Below, piece by piece: positions 1-11,083 of a DNA stretch of 64,000 nucleotides. The DNA comes from an uncultured Methylomarinum sp. (GTDB lineage Bacteria > Pseudomonadota > Gammaproteobacteria > Methylococcales > Methylomonadaceae). The notes beneath the pieces were generated by a model. It did not search any database and was not told the origin of the DNA. It was given only the letters and a program-made list of their open reading frames with translations. The stretch spans positions 16,320-80,319 of the forward strand of contig CAYNIU010000001.1 in the NCBI GenBank assembly GCA_964397365.1, written 5' to 3'. Every line of letters begins with the position of its first letter. Positions within the stretch are counted from its first letter, which is position 1. The translations under genes were made by a program, and so were the position numbers.

Positions 1-125
1 TTGGTATTGCTCTTTATCCTGAACAGGGTAAGGATGCTGATGACTTAATCACTTTGGCTGATGATGCCATGTATAAGAGCAAGTCTGAAGGCGCAGGTTG
101 TTTTCATTTTTGTACAGAGATTTGA
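1..125 (+). CDS. C-terminal end of a GGDEF (diguanylate cyclase) domain protein, truncated by the window start
   Basis: Manual translation from position 3 gives GIALYPEQGKDADDLITLADDAMYKSKSEGAGCFHFCTEI*, a typical GGDEF C-terminus. TGA at 123-125 abuts the next ATG at 126. Confidence 0.85.
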   Translation, partial: GIALYPEQGKDADDLITLADDAMYKSKSEGAGCFHFCTEI

Positions 126-2180
126 ATGATGCCGCATTCGAGCAAAAATGATCAGCAATTGATTGCTGAACTGGAAAGAAAAAATCGCGAATTACAGAAA
201 ATGGCGGGTCGGGCAAAACAAAACCAACAAGCAATCAGCGATCAGGCTCAATTGATTCTGCAACAAAAACAATTTTCCGAAGCGGTATTAAATTCAAGTC
301 GTGAGGCCATTATCAGCATCAATACCCGAGGGTTGATTACCTTGTTTAATACCTCGGCTGAAGAAATATTTGGCTATAGCAGTGATGAAGTCTATTTAAA
401 AAATATCAAAATGCTGATGCCAAGTCCTTTTAAAGAAGCTCACGATAGTTTTTTAGAAAGGTATCTGCAAAGTGGCGAGAAAAAAATTATTGGTATAGGT
501 CGTGATGTCCTCGGGCAGAAAAAAGACGGTGCCACATTTCCCATTTCATTACGCGTTGTAGAAATCAAAACAGAATCACATCATGAATTTGTTGGCTTTA
601 TCAAGGATCTGAGCAAACTCAGGCAGGTGGAAAGACAGGTCAGGGAAAGTGACAGACGCTATCGGGCGATCGTTGAAGATCAAACCGATTTGATTTGTCG
701 GTATACGGTTGATTTTATATTGACTTTTGTCAATCAGGCTTATTGCCGTCATTTTGGGGTGGAAGCTCAGGCGGTCATTGGTGCCTCGATTCTGGATTTG
801 CTTCCGATTGATGTGGTCAACTGGTTTATCAAAGCACATGCAGCATTATCGCGGGACAAGCCGATAATGATTCATGAAGATAAAATAATCCATAATGGCA
901 AGCAGGAATGGCAACATTGGTCAACCCGGGCTATTTTTTCTGAAGATAAACGGGAAATACTTGAATTTCAGGGGGTTGGAAGTGTTGTGACAGATAGAAA
1001 ACAGGCCGAGCTGAATGCGCTGTTAGCCAGAAAAGCAGCAGACAAAGCCAATCTGGCAAAATCACAGTTTCTATCAAGTATGAGCCATGAATTAAGAACA
1101 CCGCTAAATTCCATTATCGGTTTTTCGCAATTGCTGGAACTGGATGAAGAGGAACCTTTAACGGAATCACAAAAAGATTCTGTACTCCAGATTAACAAGG
1201 CGGGCAATCATTTATTAAAATTGATCAATGAAATTCTGGATTTGTCAACGATTGAATCGGGGCAAATCACGTTGATTAATGAGGTTTTTGATATAAAAAA
1301 TATTTGCCTTGATGCCTTGGCCATTGTTGAAACACTGGCAGATAAAAAAGGAATCACTGTATCTTTACATTGTGAGGAAAATAAATATTGGGTTAATGCG
1401 GATTATATGCGCAGTAAACAAATATTCTTAAATATCTTGTCAAATGCCATAAAATATAATCGTCAACAAGGACGTATTGATGTGGAAGTTGTGCAACAGG
1501 GTGATTTTATTGTCATTAATTTTGCTGATACAGGTATCGGCATCAGCAGTGAAAACCTGGCCGATTTATTTCAGCCTTTCAATCGTCTGGGTTATGAGGC
1601 CAGCGCTATAGAAGGGACAGGAATTGGTTTGAGCTTGACTAAGCAACTGGTCGAAAAAATGGGTGGGGAAATAGGCGTTTCCTCGCAAGTGGGTGTGGGA
1701 TCGACTTTCTGGGTAAAATTGCCTGTTTCCGGGGAACAAAAACACAAGAATGCGCATTCTGTTGTAAAATCTTCTGATTCGTTTTTTAAAGAAAACCCGC
1801 CGAGTGGACAGCGATATAAAATTTTATATATTGAGGACAACACAGCCAATATGGAATTAATGAGGAATGTCATCAAGCAGATGGGCGGATTTTCAATGAT
1901 TGAGGCGAATAATGCTGAAATGGGAATAGATCTATTTGAGCGGATAGCGCCAGATCTGGTGTTAATGGATATTGATTTACCGGGTATGAATGGTTTCGAG
2001 GCGCTGGCCGAAATCAAGTCGCGTTTCCCCCAGTCAACAACGCCGATTATTGCAGTCAGTTCCAATGCTATGCAGAAACAAGTAATTAAAGGTAGAAAAG
2101 GTGGTTTTTATGATTATATTACCAAGCCATTTGATGCTGTTTCCTTAGTTGAGGTTATACGGAGGGCGCTAACCAGTTGA
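126..2180 (+). CDS. Hybrid sensor histidine kinase (FixL-like PAS, PAS, HisKA, HATPase, REC)
   Basis: PAS1 resembles the FixL heme PAS (HDSFLERYLQSGEKKIIGIGR). H-box SHELRTPLN, N-box NILSNAIKYN, G-boxes DTGIG and GTGIGL, C-terminal REC (IEDN...MDIDLPGMNG...TKP). Confidence 0.93.
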   Translation: MMPHSSKNDQQLIAELERKNRELQKMAGRAKQNQQAISDQAQLILQQKQFSEAVLNSSREAIISINTRGLITLFNTSAEEIFGYSSDEVYLKNIKMLMPSPFKEAHDSFLERYLQSGEKKIIGIGRDVLGQKKDGATFPISLRVVEIKTESHHEFVGFIKDLSKLRQVERQVRESDRRYRAIVEDQTDLICRYTVDFILTFVNQAYCRHFGVEAQAVIGASILDLLPIDVVNWFIKAHAALSRDKPIMIHEDKIIHNGKQEWQHWSTRAIFSEDKREILEFQGVGSVVTDRKQAELNALLARKAADKANLAKSQFLSSMSHELRTPLNSIIGFSQLLELDEEEPLTESQKDSVLQINKAGNHLLKLINEILDLSTIESGQITLINEVFDIKNICLDALAIVETLADKKGITVSLHCEENKYWVNADYMRSKQIFLNILSNAIKYNRQQGRIDVEVVQQGDFIVINFADTGIGISSENLADLFQPFNRLGYEASAIEGTGIGLSLTKQLVEKMGGEIGVSSQVGVGSTFWVKLPVSGEQKHKNAHSVVKSSDSFFKENPPSGQRYKILYIEDNTANMELMRNVIKQMGGFSMIEANNAEMGIDLFERIAPDLVLMDIDLPGMNGFEALAEIKSRFPQSTTPIIAVSSNAMQKQVIKGRKGGFYDYITKPFDAVSLVEVIRRALTS

Positions 2181-2259
2181 TGAAAATTTATAATGTGAAG
2201 GGTATATAAAATACAATATCAATAGAAATTTAATCACTGAATTCAGGATAGAATAAGTT

Positions 2260-3321
2260 GTGGAAATAACAAAAGAGTACTTTCAGGCCAATATTTTGAT
2301 CGTTGATGATGAGCCTGCCAATGTAAAATTATTACATAAAATGTTGCAGCGAAAAGGGTATCAGAATGTTCAATACACAACTGACCCACGGGAAGTGGAA
2401 GATTTATGTCGTAAAACCGAATTCGATGCTTTTTTGCTGGATATCAGAATGCCATATATTGATGGTTACGGCATAATGAAAATGTTAAACAAACACTGCG
2501 TCAATGATTATTTGCCGGTACTGGTTCTTACCGCACAAACTGATCGGGAGACCCGGCTTAAAGCGCTGGAGATGGGGGCAAAAGATTTTTTGACCAAGCC
2601 TTTCGATCAACTTGAAGCCTTGACCCGACTGCATAATTTATTGGAAGTACGGTTGATGCATAAACGGGTTCGAAATCAGAACCGGATTCTGGAGGAAGAA
2701 GTCAGGAGACGAACCCAGGAACTTTATGAAACCCGTCATGAAGTGATCAAACGGCTGGGACTTGCCGCCGAGTATCGCGATAATGAAACTGGAAATCATA
2801 TTATCAGGATGAGTCGCTATTCACAACTTCTGGCTTTAGAATACGGGCTTTCAGAAGAACAGGCGGAAACTATTTTAAATGCTGCGCCAATGCATGATAT
2901 TGGAAAAATCGGTATTCCTGACAGGGTGTTGCTAAAACCCGGAAAACTGGATGCAGAAGAATGGAAAATCATGCAGTCTCATGTGCATATCGGTGCAGAG
3001 ATTCTATCTGGACACCAGTCCGACCTGATGGAAGCGGCAAGAATTATTGCGTTGCATCATCACGAAAAATGGGATGGCAGTGGTTATCCTGGAGGTTTGA
3101 AGGGTGATAATATCTCTATTGAAGGTCGAATTTGCGCTCTGGCCGATGTTTTTGATGCCTTGTTGTCTGCGCGACCATATAAAAAACCCTGGACGGTTGA
3201 TCAGGCGCTGGATTTGATTGATGAGCAAGCAGGGCGGCATTTTGATCCACAATTGGCGCCGCTGATGCGAAAAATACTACCAGAAATTTTGAAAATCAAG
3301 GAACAGTTTTCAGATGAATAA
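2260..3321 (+). CDS. REC + HD-GYP c-di-GMP phosphodiesterase response regulator (RpfG-like)
   Basis: REC (VDDE...LDIRMP...TKP), HDIGK, HHEKWDGSGYP, ADVFDAL, RPYK. Confidence 0.93.
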   Translation: MEITKEYFQANILIVDDEPANVKLLHKMLQRKGYQNVQYTTDPREVEDLCRKTEFDAFLLDIRMPYIDGYGIMKMLNKHCVNDYLPVLVLTAQTDRETRLKALEMGAKDFLTKPFDQLEALTRLHNLLEVRLMHKRVRNQNRILEEEVRRRTQELYETRHEVIKRLGLAAEYRDNETGNHIIRMSRYSQLLALEYGLSEEQAETILNAAPMHDIGKIGIPDRVLLKPGKLDAEEWKIMQSHVHIGAEILSGHQSDLMEAARIIALHHHEKWDGSGYPGGLKGDNISIEGRICALADVFDALLSARPYKKPWTVDQALDLIDEQAGRHFDPQLAPLMRKILPEILKIKEQFSDE

Positions 3322-3337
3322 GTTTTTTCCCAAGGTT

Positions 3338-3487
3338 TACTCATAGCGACTCAAAATTAGGCGGAAGGGGCTTGGCAAAGAGCGCTGTAAATTCATTCAG
3401 GGAAGTTTGCGGGCGACATTCTTGCTGCCAACGCATCTGTCAGACACCCCGCCGCCTAATCTGACAAAGTACCGTTGTTCATGTGTG
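3338..3487. repeat. Degenerate palindromic intergenic element between convergent genes
   Basis: Internal inverted repeat ATTAGGCGG (3356-3364) / CCGCCTAAT (3452-3460). The core GCGCTGTAAA..CATTCTTGCTGCC loosely resembles the repeat core at 29958-30003. Ends are approximate. Confidence 0.55.
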
Positions 3488-3519
3488 ATGGGTATATTAG
3501 AATCTGGAGTAATCAGGTA

Positions 3520-4179
3520 TTAATCAAATAATTTAAAAACCAGAGATGTCACCGATTCGATTAGGTCGGGTTGATAGCTTTTATGACTATATTGGGGTGA
3601 CAGATTTTCAAAATCAGTTTGAATTTTTCGGGTATTTTTTTTAGCTTTCATGGCCTCTGATTTCTGGTTGTGCAGAATTTGCCCTCCAGCCTTTTTCCAT
3701 TCCATTAAATGAGTGATTTGGCCACTTCCCAGCCAGATACCGTGTTGTTTGCATTGATTGATGATGACACCACTTCGGTAGCCAAAGTTGTTTCGTTTCA
3801 TCCACCCCTGGCAAACCGGACATTTTATATATTTAATTTTTTTGTGATTCTGCTTTTGATAGCGATCTTTGTTGATGTTGCGCAGTAATTCCAGATTAAT
3901 CTGGAAGACATTGGAAACTGAATATTCCAGCATCGTTTCTATTTCACCGGGGTCAAAAAACAGACCGAAACATTTTTGACAATGTTCAATCAGCAATGAG
4001 TTGTTCAAGTCAATAGTTTGCAGGTGTGTATTACATTCAGGACAAATGCGTCTGGATTGTTTGTTGTTTACGTAGTATTGAAATTTTCCATGCAAATCAA
4101 TATCGTTACGAACGCCACAATAACGACAGACATTGGTATTTGCAAGTAAAGGCGCTGAACAGCTTTTACAGTGGGACAT
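3520..4179 (-). CDS. Multi zinc-ribbon (zf-TFIIB-like) protein
   Basis: CKSC..CRYC, CPEC..CQKCFGLFFDPGE and CPVC..CKQHGIWLGSGQ repeats. Confidence 0.8.
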   Translation of the reverse strand: MSHCKSCSAPLLANTNVCRYCGVRNDIDLHGKFQYYVNNKQSRRICPECNTHLQTIDLNNSLLIEHCQKCFGLFFDPGEIETMLEYSVSNVFQINLELLRNINKDRYQKQNHKKIKYIKCPVCQGWMKRNNFGYRSGVIINQCKQHGIWLGSGQITHLMEWKKAGGQILHNQKSEAMKAKKNTRKIQTDFENLSPQYSHKSYQPDLIESVTSLVFKLFD

Positions 4180-4180
4180 G

Positions 4181-5197
4181 TTATAAATGATCCAGAATCT
4201 GTTGTTTTTTAGCCGAATATTCCGCTTCTGAAATCAACTCGGCCTCAAACATTTTTTTAAGTTGTGCCAACTTGGTCATCGGATCTTTGTCCGTACGGGT
4301 GGTTTGCGGTGCTGATATATTGCTACTCATTGAGTGCGCCATATTTTGTCCAAAGCCGATTCCGGCGCCCAGCCCCATGCCCATACCGGCGCCTCCACCT
4401 TCATTTCGGGCGGCTTCACGCAGGGCTTCCAGTTGTTGTACCTTAGCGTAGTCGAGTCCGACAGCTTGCGCGGCCTGGGCTTCCGCTGTCAGGTCGGCGA
4501 TACGGTTGATGCGTTTTAAGGTTTGATCATCAAAATCAGTGCCTTCAATTCTAAAATCAGTAATATCAAATCCCAGTTTGCGGAAAGTCATCGACAGTTT
4601 GATAGAAATCCCGTGAGCGATTTCTTCACGATTAGCATCAATCTCGGCATAGCTGTATTGGCTTTCTGCCAGATAATCAGAAACGGGGTGAATAATGCGG
4701 GCAGACATGATGTCGCGGAAGTCATCAACATAAAATTGCTGGCGACTGCCGACTATATTGACGAAAAAATCTTTTGGATCGTAAATGCGGTAACTGTAAT
4801 TACCGTAAGCTTTAAGACCTACCGGAAATTTATATTTGGGATCCTGATATTTGATCGGGGAAGTCGTCCCCCATTTTTGATCGATAATTTTGCTTTTGCG
4901 GTAAAAGTAAATGCCCACCTTATGCTCACTTTCAAAAAACTGCATAAATTTTTTGATTGTGGTCCAGAATGGAATATTGGCAGTTTTCAGATTGATAAGG
5001 CACTCTTCATCAATCACTGCTTGAACTTTACCTTCATAGACAAAAATACAACCCTGACCCGGGCCTACAATCAATTTTGAGGCATTTTTGATTTCGTTGC
5101 CGTTTTCTGTCCATTGGCCCAAAATTAGGCCGGGATTCGGGTTTTTCCATTCTATAACTGAACGGAGCTGGTGTTTAATACCATTTATGATAGACAT
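4181..5197 (-). CDS. SPFH/band-7 (YdjI-like) protein with C-terminal SHOCT domain
   Basis: KLIVGPGQGCIFV, KWGTTSPIKYQD, Gly-rich GAGMGMGLGAG segment, SHOCT-like KLAQLKKMFEAELISEAEYSAKKQQIL. Confidence 0.85.
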   Translation of the reverse strand: MSIINGIKHQLRSVIEWKNPNPGLILGQWTENGNEIKNASKLIVGPGQGCIFVYEGKVQAVIDEECLINLKTANIPFWTTIKKFMQFFESEHKVGIYFYRKSKIIDQKWGTTSPIKYQDPKYKFPVGLKAYGNYSYRIYDPKDFFVNIVGSRQQFYVDDFRDIMSARIIHPVSDYLAESQYSYAEIDANREEIAHGISIKLSMTFRKLGFDITDFRIEGTDFDDQTLKRINRIADLTAEAQAAQAVGLDYAKVQQLEALREAARNEGGGAGMGMGLGAGIGFGQNMAHSMSSNISAPQTTRTDKDPMTKLAQLKKMFEAELISEAEYSAKKQQILDHL

Positions 5198-5344
5198 AGC
5201 AACCTCAGGTTATGGCGAATGAGCCTGGAAAGTTCAGATATGGAGATAAAAAGATCAATTTTAAAGCTGTTCTTTGCGGTATCATATTGCAGGTTAGGGA
5301 GAAATGGAATGCTTAAACCGTTAAATTGTATTATTGACGCATAG

Positions 5345-5495
5345 CTAATTACTCAGCGTAATTAATTGACCGGAAAGTCTTCAATCAGTTGCTTGTGGAA
5401 GAAGCGCAGGTGGTGCGGAGGTCACATTCAAGCCTGCATGGCGTCTTCTGGAGTCAGTGACTGATATTAAATGCCTATATCCGCTGAGCAGTTAC
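5345..5495. mobile_element. MITE family A, copy 1
   Basis: TIRs CTAATTACTCAGCG / CGCTGAGCAGTTAC. Interior homologous to 24007-24169. Flanks ACGCATAG / AAGTATAG (degenerate 8-bp TSD). Confidence 0.75.
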
Positions 5496-5521
5496 AAGTA
5501 TAGTAAATATCTGGAGAATCT

Positions 5522-6061
5522 GTGGCGATTAGAAAATTTAAAAACACTCAGGCAAAAATGGGTTCCCGTGTTTATATTGATGACAGTGCGCAAGTGATCG
5601 GCGATGTCGAACTTGGTGATGATGTCTCTATATGGCCAATGGCCGTTGTTCGTGGTGATGTGGAAAGTATTGTCGTTGGTGCTGAAACCAATATTCAGGA
5701 CGGCTCGGTATTGCATGTATCTCATGCGGGTGACTTTTCTCCGCAAAGCTATCCGCTGATTATCGGTAAAGGCGTGACTATTGGGCATAACGCTGTGGTG
5801 CATGCTTGTACTGTAGGCGATTATTGTTTGATTGGCATTGGCGCCATTATTCTGGATGGCGCAGTGCTGGAAGATTATGTCATGTTAGGCGCTGGGGCGT
5901 TGGTAACGTCTGGAAAAAAACTGCAAAGTGGTTATTTGTATGTTGGCGCACCGGCCAAACAGGTCAGGCCATTGACGGAAGCGGAAATGCGCTTTCTGGA
6001 ATATTCCGCCAGGCATTATGTTGAATTAAAAAATGAGCACAGAGACGATAATGAAATATAG
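5522..6061 (+). CDS. Gamma carbonic anhydrase family protein (YrdA-like)
   Basis: Hexapeptide repeats, VVRGDV, NIQDGSVLHV, TIGHNAVVHAC. GTG start with GGAG RBS. Confidence 0.9.
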   Translation: MAIRKFKNTQAKMGSRVYIDDSAQVIGDVELGDDVSIWPMAVVRGDVESIVVGAETNIQDGSVLHVSHAGDFSPQSYPLIIGKGVTIGHNAVVHACTVGDYCLIGIGAIILDGAVLEDYVMLGAGALVTSGKKLQSGYLYVGAPAKQVRPLTEAEMRFLEYSARHYVELKNEHRDDNEI

Positions 6062-6096
6062 CAATCGCGGTTAAATAACGTTCATGCGGGTGTGAA

Positions 6097-6393
6097 TCAT
6101 TCCTGCACCAATATCCAGGGTTTGACTACGACCGCCCAGACAACGGTATTATTGTCAATCCATTTTTTGGCTTGGTCATCGGAAACCAGGGTCACTGTAT
6201 TGTTTTGCATCCATTGTTGTACCAGGGGTTTATTATCTTTGGAAAATTGATAGGCGACTTCTACCAGGTCAAGATCGTCGGCCACAAAAACAGCCAGTCC
6301 AGCCGCAAAAAAACGTTGCAATTGTGGCCAGGGAATTTGCGAAGTTTCCAGGTTGACTTTTTCTTTGTCTACATCTATTCCGGCTTTTGACAT
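6097..6393 (-). CDS. DUF2288 family protein
   Basis: NLETSQIPWPQLQRFFAAG...WAVVVKPWILVQE signature. Confidence 0.8.
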   Translation of the reverse strand: MSKAGIDVDKEKVNLETSQIPWPQLQRFFAAGLAVFVADDLDLVEVAYQFSKDNKPLVQQWMQNNTVTLVSDDQAKKWIDNNTVVWAVVVKPWILVQE

Positions 6394-6483
6394 TTTAAGG
6401 TTTCTCTGATGAATGATGCTGTTGTACCATTTGCGATCATTTTAAAATAATAACGATAATATATTCACTACTGAGGGTACCGA

Positions 6484-7320
6484 ATGTCAATTTTAAGTTC
6501 ATTAACAAAAGGTTCAACATTAAAAGCTGCAATCAAGCAGGTTACCGAAGCCCGACAGGCCGAAGGCGGTAAAGCGGAACAATTATTCAGGAGCGCCTAT
6601 CAGGGTTTTGCCAAAGTGATTGCGGGTGACTTGAATACTTCTGAGGCATTATATCACTGGGGGTTTGCATTGTTACATGAGGCTAAAAACAAGGATGTTG
6701 AGCAAGCCAGCGCCTTGTATCGGGATGCTATTGACAAGTTTTCTTTTTGTCTGTTGGTGGCGCCCAGTCATTTGGGAGCGGCGATTGATGGCGGAGTAGC
6801 TTATATGGATCTGGCGCGTATCAATAAGGTGGATTCCACGGATAAATTGTATGATAAGGCGATGGTTTTTTTTGAGAAAGCCGGGAAAATTCAAAAAGGC
6901 AGTGCTGCGTACAACCTGGCTTGTATTTATGCGTTACGCGGTAATGAAGCTGCTTGTTTAAAGGCTTTGGAGTTGGCAAAACAATGTGGAAGTATGCCGA
7001 ATGAGAGTGAGGTGATGAATGACCCTGATATGGCTTCGGTCAAGGATACGAAATGGTTTCAGGAATTTTTGGGAACAGTCGCTGTAGCACAGGCTGAGGC
7101 GGTGGAAAATGATCGTAGATCCCGAAGGGGGCTGAAGAAGGTGGATGAGGTCAAGTTGGATCTGCCTCCGCGTCCGACCGATTCCATGTTAAGGCGACAT
7201 TTTGACTCTATGGTGGCGGCGGAACTAGAAAAACACCGGGAGCTTGAAGAGCAGAAGAAAAAAGAAGCGTTGGAAAAGATAGAAAAAAAGAAGTCTGAGA
7301 AATTTGATTATTATAAATAG
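6484..7320 (+). CDS. TPR-repeat protein with charged C-terminal tail
   Basis: ALYHWGFALL and AAYNLACIYALRGNEAACLKAL TPR-like helices. GAGG RBS. Confidence 0.7.
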   Translation: MSILSSLTKGSTLKAAIKQVTEARQAEGGKAEQLFRSAYQGFAKVIAGDLNTSEALYHWGFALLHEAKNKDVEQASALYRDAIDKFSFCLLVAPSHLGAAIDGGVAYMDLARINKVDSTDKLYDKAMVFFEKAGKIQKGSAAYNLACIYALRGNEAACLKALELAKQCGSMPNESEVMNDPDMASVKDTKWFQEFLGTVAVAQAEAVENDRRSRRGLKKVDEVKLDLPPRPTDSMLRRHFDSMVAAELEKHRELEEQKKKEALEKIEKKKSEKFDYYK

Positions 7321-7324
7321 GCGG

Positions 7325-7873
7325 CTAATTATCCGAAAGGCAGACGGCAAGAATCGCCTGCAGTTTTTGCGTACCCAGTTGGCGGGTTAACTGAATATTT
7401 TTGGAAGGAATGTTTTCTGGATTAGGATAGTTTTCCAGCACACGTTCAATACTGGTTTCCCTGATAATATGAAGCATTGGATAAGGTGAGCGGTTGGTGT
7501 AGTTGGCGGCATCATCTTTAGCGCTGTTTGCAAAGCGGTATTGAGGATGAAAACTGGCCAATTGGTAAATACCTTCATAGCCTTGGTCAATCAACAATTG
7601 TTGGGCTATATCAAGAAAATTGAGAAATGCATCAAAGCTGCGCAGTCCGTCAGGAAAAATAAGCAGAGTGGTTTCTGTAGCAGGGTTGGAATCCAGATAC
7701 TCGCATTCTGTAGCCAGTGCGGTCAGGAAGTTTTCTGAACTGTCGTCGGCGATGACGGTGAAATGAATACTGTCTTTTTGGTATTCCCGGTGAGCAAATG
7801 GACAGATATTGTATTCAATGACAAATGATTTCAACCATTGACAGGTTGAAGCGATAGCAGGGTGTGTGTTCAC
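7325..7873 (-). CDS. DUF1415 family protein
   Basis: VIEYNICPFA, ETTLLIFP, YQLASFHPQY, NYTNRSPYPMLHIIRE. Confidence 0.88.
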   Translation of the reverse strand: MNTHPAIASTCQWLKSFVIEYNICPFAHREYQKDSIHFTVIADDSSENFLTALATECEYLDSNPATETTLLIFPDGLRSFDAFLNFLDIAQQLLIDQGYEGIYQLASFHPQYRFANSAKDDAANYTNRSPYPMLHIIRETSIERVLENYPNPENIPSKNIQLTRQLGTQKLQAILAVCLSDN

Positions 7874-8013
7874 ATTTTATTTCCTGGTTGCTTCGCAGGG
7901 TTTCAGTAGCAGTGATATTGACCCATGCACTGTAAAATCAGCCACTAACTGTAACCTGGCGAAGTGTAAAAAAAGCCCTGAATGGAAGGAAAACGAAATA
8001 AGTTGAACATTGC

Positions 8014-8481
8014 CTAAGTGTGGCTTGTGCCTTCAGCAATGCGTTTTTCTCTTTCTTCTCGGGCGTGTTCCAGTTTTGAAAAAACACGCAGAATATCTGT
8101 AGCCGATAAAATGCCTACCAGTTTTTCATTTTTTATGACGGGCAAAGCGCCGATTTTATGATCGGCCATAATGCCGGCGGCTTCAGAAGCCATTGTATCG
8201 GGGGTAACGGTGATTATGCCGCGGCGCATAATATTCATAACCTTTTTCGGGATAACATGTAGCTCACTGCTTTGGCTGCTGCCTTCGATAGCATTGGAGT
8301 TACTTTTGGGCCCCAGAGCTTTGTACATATCACGGTCAGAAACAATACCAACGACTTTGCCTTTTTCAACAACGGGTAAATGGCGAACTTTTTCGTAATG
8401 AATCAAAAAAAACACACGATCTATCATGTCGTGCGGGTCAACGGTAAAAACTTTTGAAGTCATTAGTTCTTCGACGCGCAT
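8014..8481 (-). CDS. CBS domain pair protein
   Basis: VRHLPVVEKGKVVGIVSDRD and IGALPVIKNEKLVGILSATD. Confidence 0.88.
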   Translation of the reverse strand: MRVEELMTSKVFTVDPHDMIDRVFFLIHYEKVRHLPVVEKGKVVGIVSDRDMYKALGPKSNSNAIEGSSQSSELHVIPKKVMNIMRRGIITVTPDTMASEAAGIMADHKIGALPVIKNEKLVGILSATDILRVFSKLEHAREEREKRIAEGTSHT

Positions 8482-8757
8482 GAAATTTACTCCTCATAAA
8501 ATTAGCCGAATAAGAATAAGGAAAAACGTCTCCTTTGACAAGAGATAAAGCAAATAATCAGCAATTAAGATAAAATACCAGATTAGTTATGTGCGGGGGC
8601 TGGCATCACATCCATTTTCTTTTGACGAATGATATACCCTAAAAGTTGTTGAAATTTCGGGTTGATATTGTGTTCTTACCCGTCGGTATGAAAATGGTGC
8701 TGTACTGGTTGCCCGATAATGCTTAAATGTTAATTATATTGGCGGTTAACGCCTTAA

Positions 8758-9444
<687 letters not shown>

Positions 9445-9493
9445 GGATTCGCTGATTTATTCGCGATTCCTGTGGCGCAAGGATGCGCTACCA
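9445..9493. mobile_element. MITE family B (IS5-like) left-end fragment
   Basis: TTAG|GGATTCGCTGATTTATTCGCGATTCCTGTGGCGCAAGGATG matches the reverse complement of 21140-21186. The adk stop TAG lies in the TTAG target. Confidence 0.65.
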
Positions 9494-9664
9494 CGGTACA
9501 GTTGTTGTATGCGGCTCAACTTGCGCCAGTTGTCGAACTTATTCCGTGCAGGTTTTTTAGCAGATCTTTTACTAGAGTCTGGGCGCATGATTTATTTACA
9601 TAAGCAGTTCTGCCGGGAGTGATATTTCCCCGCTGAAGCTGTAACAAATACAAGAAAGAGAACA

Positions 9665-11083
9665 ATGACAGGTAAAACTTTATACGACAAATTATGGGAA
9701 GACCATGTTGTCCAAACAGATGAAGATGGTTCATCTTTGATTTATATTGATCGACAGTTAGTTCATGAAGTGACCTCGCCACAAGCTTTTGAAGGTTTGC
9801 GGTTGACAGGCAGAAAACCATGGCGTACAGAGAGAAATCTGGCTGTTGCAGATCATAATGTGCCAACTACAGACCGAGACAAAGGTATTGCCGATCCGGT
9901 GTCGCGGTTACAGGTTGAAACGCTGGAAAAAAATTGTGCCGAATTTGCTATTACTGAGTTTGATATGAGTGATATACGACAAGGAATTGTGCATGTCGTC
10001 GGGCCAGAGCAGGGGGCAACCCTGCCGGGTATGACCGTAGTTTGCGGTGACTCTCATACATCGACGCACGGTGCTTCGGCAGCTCTGGCTTTTGGTATTG
10101 GCACATCCGAGGTTGAACATGCTCTGGCAACACAATGTTTAACCCAGAAAAAGTCAAAAAATCTATTGATAAAGGTAAATGGAAAAACCCGGCCAGGTGT
10201 AGGTGCTAAAGATATTGCCTTGGCAATTATTGGTAAAATCGGTACTGCGGGGGGAACCGGTTATGCGATTGAATTTGCTGGTGAAGCCATTACCGCCCTG
10301 TCTATGGAGGGTCGGATGACAGTCTGTAATATGGCTATTGAAGCCGGCGCCCGGGCGGGATTGATTGCCGCCGATGATATTACTATAGATTATTATCGCG
10401 ATCGTCCCTTAGCACCTAAAGGTGAACATTGGTTTATGGCGGTGAGAGCCTGGGAAAAATTGCATTCTGACGCTGATGCGGTCTTTGATAAAACAGTTGA
10501 ACTGGATGCCTCTGAAATCAAGCCGCAGGTGACCTGGGGCACTTCGCCGGAACAAGTGGTGGCTGTTGATGAGGCTGTGCCTGATCCAGTTTTGGAAGCC
10601 GATGAAGTGAAACGGCAGGGTATGACTCGTGCATTGGAATATATGGGGTTAAAAGGGGGGCAAAAGGTTATTGATATTCACTTGGACAAGGTTTTTATTG
10701 GTTCCTGTACTAATTCCAGGATTGAAGACCTGAGGCAGGCTGCGAAAGTGGCGCAAGGAAAAAAAGTGGCCAAAAATATCAAGCTGGCTATGGTTGTGCC
10801 TGGCTCGGGTTTGGTAAAGCAACAGGCTGAACAGGAAGGTCTGGATAAGATTTTTATTGAAGCCGGTTTTGAATGGCGCGACCCGGGGTGTTCTATGTGT
10901 CTGGCGATGAATGCTGACCGCTTGGCCTCTGGTGAACGCTGTGCTTCAACATCCAACCGTAATTTTGAAGGGCGCCAGGGGTATGGTGGGCGAACTCATT
11001 TGGTGAGTCCTGAGATGGCGGCTGCGGCGGCAATTGCCGGTCATTTTGTCAATATTGCGGAACTGGAAGGAGTGACTCAATGA
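9665..11083 (+). CDS. leuC: 3-isopropylmalate dehydratase large subunit
   Basis: [50 protein letters not shown]. Confidence 0.98.
   Translation: MTGKTLYDKLWEDHVVQTDEDGSSLIYIDRQLVHEVTSPQAFEGLRLTGRKPWRTERNLAVADHNVPTTDRDKGIADPVSRLQVETLEKNCAEFAITEFDMSDIRQGIVHVVGPEQGATLPGMTVVCGDSHTSTHGASAALAFGIGTSEVEHALATQCLTQKKSKNLLIKVNGKTRPGVGAKDIALAIIGKIGTAGGTGYAIEFAGEAITALSMEGRMTVCNMAIEAGARAGLIAADDITIDYYRDRPLAPKGEHWFMAVRAWEKLHSDADAVFDKTVELDASEIKPQVTWGTSPEQVVAVDEAVPDPVLEADEVKRQGMTRALEYMGLKGGQKVIDIHLDKVFIGSCTNSRIEDLRQAAKVAQGKKVAKNIKLAMVVPGSGLVKQQAEQEGLDKIFIEAGFEWRDPGCSMCLAMNADRLASGERCASTSNRNFEGRQGYGGRTHLVSPEMAAAAAIAGHFVNIAELEGVTQ

Noticed and set aside
4264-5080. Antisense ORFs of up to 185 aa opposite the SPFH gene, and similar shadow ORFs throughout the track
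   Set aside because: They are shadows of well-supported genes on the opposite strand and carry no motifs.
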